From contig NZ_WUUQ01000001.1 of the NCBI RefSeq assembly GCF_009831105.1, positions 540,001-572,000 on the forward strand: a stretch of DNA of 32,000 bases. Direction: 5' to 3'. Of this stretch, positions 26,785 through 32,000 are shown in pieces. The notes beneath the pieces were generated by a model. The model did no database searches. It was not told the DNA's origin and worked only from the letters and a program-made list of their open reading frames with translations. The stretch comes from Copranaerobaculum intestinale. GTDB lineage: Bacteria > Bacillota_I > Bacilli_A > Erysipelotrichales > Erysipelotrichaceae. The position numbers were made by a program, and so were the translations under genes. Position 1 is the stretch's first letter; each line of letters opens with the position of its first letter.

Positions 26785-29418
26785 ATGGAGGACATCAGGG
26801 CAACCAGACAGGAGCTGCAGGGGCAGGAGACGTTTCCGTTGAAGGGTGATTTTGCGGCTGTCTATCTGAAGGGAGAAAAGCAGATCCTGCGTATGGAGGA
26901 ACATGATGGTGTCTGTTCCATGCGTGATCTTATTAAAGAAAATTTTCATAAATTGGAATTGGAGCGATCGTATCAGTTCATCGGTATTTATCCTAAGGGA
27001 GAAAAGCCGCTGAATCAGGAAGCTGTTGCTTCTGTTGAAAGTCAGCTGATTTGTATAAATCAGTTTTTTGTCATGTGGGAGATCATCAGTGATGAAACAA
27101 AAGCAATGCTTCGGATCTCCGTTCTGCCGCATGCTTATGATATTGAGCTGCAGGAAGTAAGCTGGAAGGATGAGCTGCTTCATATGTATTTTCAGGGTGA
27201 TAAGAGCGAAGATGCCCAAATGGTTCTGTATAATGATCAGATAGCAGTCAGAATGCCGGACTTTAAGAAAGGCGCGCACGGCTTGCATTTAACCATGTCA
27301 ATGCAGCGGCTGCAGTCATTGCCGCAGGCGCAGTATGCAATGGCTCTGATCGAAGATGATCAGGTGCATCGGCTTCATACCGTAGAAAAGCATAGCTTTG
27401 ATGTGACGGTTGAGAAAGATGGCATATTTGAGCGCATGATGCGGGTAGAAATCGGCGAAGATGCGATGCTGAGTTTGAAAAATGTGGAAGTCTTATTAGA
27501 TCCGCAGCTGGTATTTTTGGCATATGATCAGGATACCCTGATCATGAAGGGTCAAATCACTCACGAGCTGGATATCATGCGGTTTCCCAATATCAGCTGG
27601 AAATGTAATGTTGTCAGCGATGATGATCAGATAACCTACGATTGGCCGATGGAAATTACGGACTATGCATTCACATTGCGTTTCGATAAAGAACAACTGC
27701 TGGAATTTAATCGCCGCTACTACCGCCGCTGGAATCTGAATTTAGATTTGTATGTAAATGATGAACCGGTCGCGTCCTATCCGTTTAAAAAAAGTACTTC
27801 GATGAATGGCTCGATCTTGTTGGAAAAAGAATATCTGGACGGTGAATATACCGTAGGCTTGGAAGTCAGTACAACAAAGCAGTTGAATTCGTTGTCGTTT
27901 CGCTATCGTAATCCTGCGGCAATTATGCGGATCAATTATATGGAAGTAAAGGGAAATAAGATTCGCTTCCATGTGCGTACCCAAAAGGATATCGATGGTA
28001 TCTATCGCAATATGAATATTTATATCGATGATGTGAAGGAATCTAATCATTGTACCGTGAAGCGCCGTACCAGCCGTACCTTGATGGTTACTTATCATTG
28101 CGGTGATCCAAAGCACTTTATTGAAAAAATCGTGCAGGAGGGATGTCCTTTTGTCATTCGCTACAAGGATCATAATTATCGTAATACGATTCATGAAATT
28201 GATCGCAGCCGCATTTATGGCTCGTTCATGCAGCATGTTCTGAATTCCAAACGGTATCGCCGCTGGGGACGCCTCGCGTATCGGCTCTTTTTGCATTTTC
28301 CGATTCGCAAGCATACAATTCTGTTTGAGAGCTTTCTAGGCCGCAATGTATCAGGAAATCCGAAATATATCTATGAATATATGCAGAAAAACGGCTATGA
28401 TAAAACCTATAAAATGTATTGGATCTTAAATGATACCGATGAACCGGTGACTGGCAGTGCCAAAAAATTGCTGCGGCGTTCCATTTCCTACTACTATCAT
28501 ATGGCTACTGCGGGAATATGGGTGTTCAATACCCGCCAGGATAATGAAATCGTAAAACGTTCCGGTAACACCTATTTACAGACTTGGCATGGGACACCGC
28601 TGAAACGCTTAGGTATGGATATGGACAGTGTCAGTATGGCTACAGTAGATAATATTGTTGATTACAAGCGGGATTTTGTCGCGAATTCACGCCGGTGGGA
28701 CTATCTGCTGGCGCAGAACCAATATTCTGCGGATATCTTTCGCCGCTGTTTTGCATTTCGCAAGCAGCTGTTAGTTGAAGGCTACCCGGCAAATGATATA
28801 TTATTTCAGGCCGATGAACGTAAGATCGCGCAGCTGAAGGAAGCGTTCAAACTGCCGCAGAATAAAAAAGTAATTCTTTATGCGCCTACCTGGCGTGATG
28901 ATAATTTCCTGAAAAAGGGCTATTATCAAATGAAGATGCAGCTTGATTTACAGATGATGAAAGAGGCGCTCGGAGATGAATATGTCATTGCGCTGCGCAT
29001 GCATTATTTGATCATGGATAATATTGATCTTCGTGAATATGAGGGTTTCGCCTACGATTTTAGTGCGAATTATGACATCCAGGAACTGTATCTGGTATCT
29101 GATATCATGATTACCGATTATTCTTCCACCATGTTTGACTATGCCAATCTGAAACGTCCGATTATCTTCTTCACATATGATATTGATACCTATCGTGATT
29201 CCTTGCGCGGCTTCTATTTTGATTTTGAAAAAGAAGCGCCGGGTCCGATTGTAAAAACAACCCGTGAGGTTATTTCAGCAATTCAAAATTTATCCGCATG
29301 GCGGCAGGATTATCATGATTTGGAAGAAGCTTTCTACCGCAAATTCAATCATATCGATGATGGGGAAGCGGCCAAACGAGTTGTTGATATCATCCTGAAA
29401 CAGAAAGAGGATTCATAA
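26785..29418 (+). CDS. tagF: CDP-glycerol glycerophosphotransferase (TagF-like) with a roughly 500-aa N-terminal extension of unknown function
   Basis: The C-terminal about 370 aa carry YLQTWHGTPLKRLG, ILYAPTWRD and ITDYSSTMFDY (Glyphos_transf family). AAGGAG is 7 nt from ATG 26785; ATG 26779 is only 1 nt away. Confidence 0.8.
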   Translation: MEDIRATRQELQGQETFPLKGDFAAVYLKGEKQILRMEEHDGVCSMRDLIKENFHKLELERSYQFIGIYPKGEKPLNQEAVASVESQLICINQFFVMWEIISDETKAMLRISVLPHAYDIELQEVSWKDELLHMYFQGDKSEDAQMVLYNDQIAVRMPDFKKGAHGLHLTMSMQRLQSLPQAQYAMALIEDDQVHRLHTVEKHSFDVTVEKDGIFERMMRVEIGEDAMLSLKNVEVLLDPQLVFLAYDQDTLIMKGQITHELDIMRFPNISWKCNVVSDDDQITYDWPMEITDYAFTLRFDKEQLLEFNRRYYRRWNLNLDLYVNDEPVASYPFKKSTSMNGSILLEKEYLDGEYTVGLEVSTTKQLNSLSFRYRNPAAIMRINYMEVKGNKIRFHVRTQKDIDGIYRNMNIYIDDVKESNHCTVKRRTSRTLMVTYHCGDPKHFIEKIVQEGCPFVIRYKDHNYRNTIHEIDRSRIYGSFMQHVLNSKRYRRWGRLAYRLFLHFPIRKHTILFESFLGRNVSGNPKYIYEYMQKNGYDKTYKMYWILNDTDEPVTGSAKKLLRRSISYYYHMATAGIWVFNTRQDNEIVKRSGNTYLQTWHGTPLKRLGMDMDSVSMATVDNIVDYKRDFVANSRRWDYLLAQNQYSADIFRRCFAFRKQLLVEGYPANDILFQADERKIAQLKEAFKLPQNKKVILYAPTWRDDNFLKKGYYQMKMQLDLQMMKEALGDEYVIALRMHYLIMDNIDLREYEGFAYDFSANYDIQELYLVSDIMITDYSSTMFDYANLKRPIIFFTYDIDTYRDSLRGFYFDFEKEAPGPIVKTTREVISAIQNLSAWRQDYHDLEEAFYRKFNHIDDGEAAKRVVDIILKQKEDS

Positions 29419-30593
29419 TGCTAAGGATCATAAAAAAAGTGATCAGTGCTTGTATCCGGTTTGTTTACCGGCATACCTGCCGTTTGATTCCGGTGAAGCA
29501 GGATGCGGTGCTGTTCTTATCCTTTCATGGCCGCGGCTGTACTGACAATCCCAAAGCGATTTACGATTATATGTGCAAGCAGGACGAATTTGCTTCATAT
29601 ACTTTTATATGGGCGCTGCGAAATAAACAGCCGATTCCCCGCGGTAAATGTGTACGCTACAACGGTCCGATGTATTTCTATTATCTCGCCCGCTGTAAAT
29701 ATTGGGTAATCAACTGTAAGCTGCCGGATCATATCATTAAAAAAGAAAATCAGGTGTATCTGCAAACCTGGCATGGGACGCCGCTTAAGAAGCTGGCGCA
29801 TGATATCAATGTTAATGAGCAGACAACCTTTTACCGCACCAAAATGAATGCCGAGCAGATGAAGTCAACCTATGACCGTGATGTTCGCCGCTATGATTAC
29901 ATGATTTCCCCCAACCCATTTTGTTCCAAGGTTTTTCCCGGAGCGTTTCACATTGATCCAAAGCGGCTGATTGAAACCGGATATCCAAGAAATGATTTCC
30001 TTTCGCAGTGCCGTTTTGACAAGATCCGGGAGCTGAAGCGCCGCTATGGTTTGCCGGAAGATAAAAAAGTGATATTATATGCTCCGACATGGCGTGATAA
30101 CTGTTATAATAGTAAAGGATATACCTTTACCCTGCAGGCTGATTTCAATCGTTGGAAAGAAGTATTGGGGCAGGAGTATATCGTTTTATTTAAACCGCAT
30201 TATCTGATCGTGAATACTTTTGACGCGGAAGTTTTAAAAGGCTTCCTGTATCCGGCAGAAGCTGCTTCTGACATCAATGAGCTGTATGTGATGAGCGATC
30301 TTTTGATAACTGACTATTCGAGTGTCTTTTTTGACTATACGATACTGAATCGTCCGGTTCTGTTTTATATGTATGACAAGGATACGTATGCGAATGATCT
30401 GCGGGGATTCTATTTTGATCTGGAGGAAGTGCTGCCCGGTCCGATCATTGAATCGGAAGATGCACTGCTGAAAGCAATTGTGAATCATCGTTTTGAAATG
30501 GAAAAGCTGCCGGCTTTTCATAAGCAATTTCATGTTTGGGAAGACGGGCTGGCTTCCCAGCGAGTCGTTAATACGGTATTTTTACGTAAATGA
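29418..30593 (+). CDS. CDP-glycerol glycerophosphotransferase, TagB/TagF family
   Basis: 391 aa. YLQTWHGTPLKKLAHD, ILYAPTWRD and ITDYSSVFFDY. The start overlaps the upstream stop (TAATG). Confidence 0.85.
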   Translation: MLRIIKKVISACIRFVYRHTCRLIPVKQDAVLFLSFHGRGCTDNPKAIYDYMCKQDEFASYTFIWALRNKQPIPRGKCVRYNGPMYFYYLARCKYWVINCKLPDHIIKKENQVYLQTWHGTPLKKLAHDINVNEQTTFYRTKMNAEQMKSTYDRDVRRYDYMISPNPFCSKVFPGAFHIDPKRLIETGYPRNDFLSQCRFDKIRELKRRYGLPEDKKVILYAPTWRDNCYNSKGYTFTLQADFNRWKEVLGQEYIVLFKPHYLIVNTFDAEVLKGFLYPAEAASDINELYVMSDLLITDYSSVFFDYTILNRPVLFYMYDKDTYANDLRGFYFDLEEVLPGPIIESEDALLKAIVNHRFEMEKLPAFHKQFHVWEDGLASQRVVNTVFLRK

Positions 30594-30602
30594 GGTGAAG
30601 CT

Positions 30603-31709
30603 ATGTCATTAGCCAAGCTTATACTGAATTTAATATTGGGACCAGTTTACTTGCTGAGCAAGTTTTTTCCGGTGCGCAAAAATAAGATTTCCTTTGTATC
30701 CTTGAGTTCCGATAAGCTGGAAGGTGATTTTAAAATTCTTGCCAAGAAGCTGGAGGCTAAGGAGCAGTATGAAATCGAATATGTACTGATTAAGTTCAAG
30801 CGTACCCTGAGCGGCTGTTTTTCATATTTTTTCTGTTTGCTGCGTCAGGTATATCATATCAATACATCGCATCTGGTGATCCTGGATTCCAATAACTATG
30901 CAGTATCCTATTTTAAGAAAAAAGCGGTCAAGGTCATCCAGGTATGGCATGCCTCGGGAGCATTAAAGAAGTTCGGCAATGATGTCGCGCGCAGCTATGA
31001 AATACGCAACTATGATTATGTGCTGGCCTGTTCCGATATTTGGAAACCGTTTTATGCCTCGGCGTTCGGCGTTCGCGAAGATCAGGTAATTTCGACCGGG
31101 ATTCCCCGCACTGATCGTATTTTCAATAAAAAACGGATGAAAAAGTATCACCGTGAAATTCATGAAATCTTTCCCCAGATCAAGGGTAAGAAAGTCATTA
31201 TATTCGCTCCGACATTCCGCGGTAATGTGCTGAAAGATTACACGTATGAGAAGATCGATCTCGATCATATCCGCAAGGTACTAGGAGATGACTATTGTAT
31301 AATTTACAAGATGCATCCGCTGATTCATGAAAGCATTACATCTTTTGACAATATGGTAATTAATGCGAACGATATTAGTATTAAACGATTGTTTGCGGTT
31401 GCGGATTATTTAATTACCGATTATTCATCCATCGTATTTGAATTTTCAGTTTTGAATAAACCGATGCTGTTTTATACTCCGGATCTGAAAACCTATCAGG
31501 AAGAGGTCGGTATGTATCTGGATTATGAATCTACGATGCCCGGGCCGATTTGTTATAATGAGGATGAGCTTCTCGATGCGATCTTAAAGAATGATTTTTC
31601 GCTTGAGGCGATTACGGAATTTCGTAATCAATTTTTCAAATATCAGGACGGACGTTCCACCGTACGGGTCATTCGTTTTATTGACAAGCTCATGCATGAG
31701 GAAGTCTAG
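30603..31709 (+). CDS. CDP-glycerol glycerophosphotransferase, TagB/TagF family (more divergent paralogue)
   Basis: 368 aa. IQVWHASGALKKFGND, IIFAPTFRG and ITDYSSIVFEF. Confidence 0.8.
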   Translation: MSLAKLILNLILGPVYLLSKFFPVRKNKISFVSLSSDKLEGDFKILAKKLEAKEQYEIEYVLIKFKRTLSGCFSYFFCLLRQVYHINTSHLVILDSNNYAVSYFKKKAVKVIQVWHASGALKKFGNDVARSYEIRNYDYVLACSDIWKPFYASAFGVREDQVISTGIPRTDRIFNKKRMKKYHREIHEIFPQIKGKKVIIFAPTFRGNVLKDYTYEKIDLDHIRKVLGDDYCIIYKMHPLIHESITSFDNMVINANDISIKRLFAVADYLITDYSSIVFEFSVLNKPMLFYTPDLKTYQEEVGMYLDYESTMPGPICYNEDELLDAILKNDFSLEAITEFRNQFFKYQDGRSTVRVIRFIDKLMHEEV

Positions 31710-31724
31710 GACTTCCTTTTTTTG
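31699..31724 (+). terminator. Rho-independent terminator after the teichoic acid genes
   Basis: AGGAAGTC-TAG-GACTTCCT followed by a T-run. The stop codon forms the loop. Confidence 0.7.
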
Positions 31725-31779
31725 TGCGTATAGGGAGAGCAGATAGGACACATAATATGGATAATTCAGGAGGGATTAT

Positions 31780-32000
31780 ATGTATTCTTATGCTAATAAA
31801 CTGCCTATTCGCATTGAAATTGAAAAACCCGATTTCATATTTTTTGAGATCCTGCATTCTCGTATCGGAACCTACCGAGGACTCGCTCAGATTGTCCAGC
31901 TGATGAAATGTACCTTTCTGATTCGTGATCAGCATGTATCGGATACCTTCTCGATGATTGTCGCGCGGGAAATGACCAATATGGAAATATTAGGGGAACT
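31780..32000 (+). CDS. 5' part of a small ORF, tentatively ferritin-like/CotJC (Mn-catalase-like) family; truncated by the window end
   Basis: CAGGAGGG RBS, then ATG 31780. MYSYANKLPIRIEIEKPDF...FSMIVAREMTNMEILGE loosely parallels the CotJC N-terminus (M.VYEKKLQYPVKV...EEFAHLEMI) from memory. It is absent from the ORF track because no stop codon lies in the window. Confidence 0.3.
   Translation, partial: MYSYANKLPIRIEIEKPDFIFFEILHSRIGTYRGLAQIVQLMKCTFLIRDQHVSDTFSMIVAREMTNMEILGE

Noticed and set aside
26746-28314. Minus-strand ORFs (180, 86, 66 and 190 aa) inside the TagF-like gene.
   Set aside because: They are antisense to a continuous 877-aa ORF whose C-terminal domain is motif-verified. 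None has translation signals.
31690-31935. An 81-aa minus-strand ORF at the window end.
   Set aside because: It is antisense to a + strand ORF that has a strong RBS (CAGGAGGG) and follows a terminator. The minus-strand ORF has no start signals.

Overview
This is a chromosomal segment from a mid-GC Firmicute, Clostridia- or Erysipelotrichia-like in gene content and signals; I cannot identify the species from sequence alone. All function calls rest on motifs read from the supplied translations and on recalled family knowledge, with no database search.

Gene order:
- The 3' tail of a redox-partner gene, translationally coupled to an M3-type [FeFe]-hydrogenase, followed by thioredoxin.
- A small leader ORF with a terminator and a candidate antiterminator, upstream of an uncharacterised GNAT-like acyltransferase gene.
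- A DUF975 membrane protein, convergent with a DUF368 (PopT-type) membrane protein.
- A complete kdp locus: an extra small peptide, then kdpF, kdpA, kdpB, kdpC, kdpD and kdpE, with a candidate KdpE box.
- Thiol peroxidase (tpx).
- A pair of G3E/COG0523-type GTPase genes. The first carries four tandem 39-bp repeats encoding a His/Cys cassette.
- A strongly AT-rich islet holding an orphan two-TM protein and a TPR/coiled-coil/GGDEF diguanylate cyclase that appears to be translated from a leaderless mRNA.
- A minus-strand two-gene operon of an M20 carbamoyl-amidohydrolase and a PyrC-type dihydroorotase.
- A BclA-like collagen-repeat protein with a Cys-rich N-terminus.
- An RsmF-like m5C methyltransferase.
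- A wall teichoic acid block: tagG, tagH, tagD and three consecutive CDP-glycerol glycerophosphotransferase paralogues.
- The 5' end of a small ferritin/CotJC-like ORF.

I could not recognise any tRNA, rRNA, CRISPR array, transposase or integrase.

The most unusual items are the leader/antiterminator at 2519-2630, the AT-rich TPR-GGDEF islet, the His/Cys-repeat GTPase pair, the Cys-rich collagen-like protein, and the PyrC plus carbamoylase pair, which is a possible orotate or carbamoyl-aspartate catabolic module. I cannot show that any of these is a genuinely new system; each is offered as a testable hypothesis.
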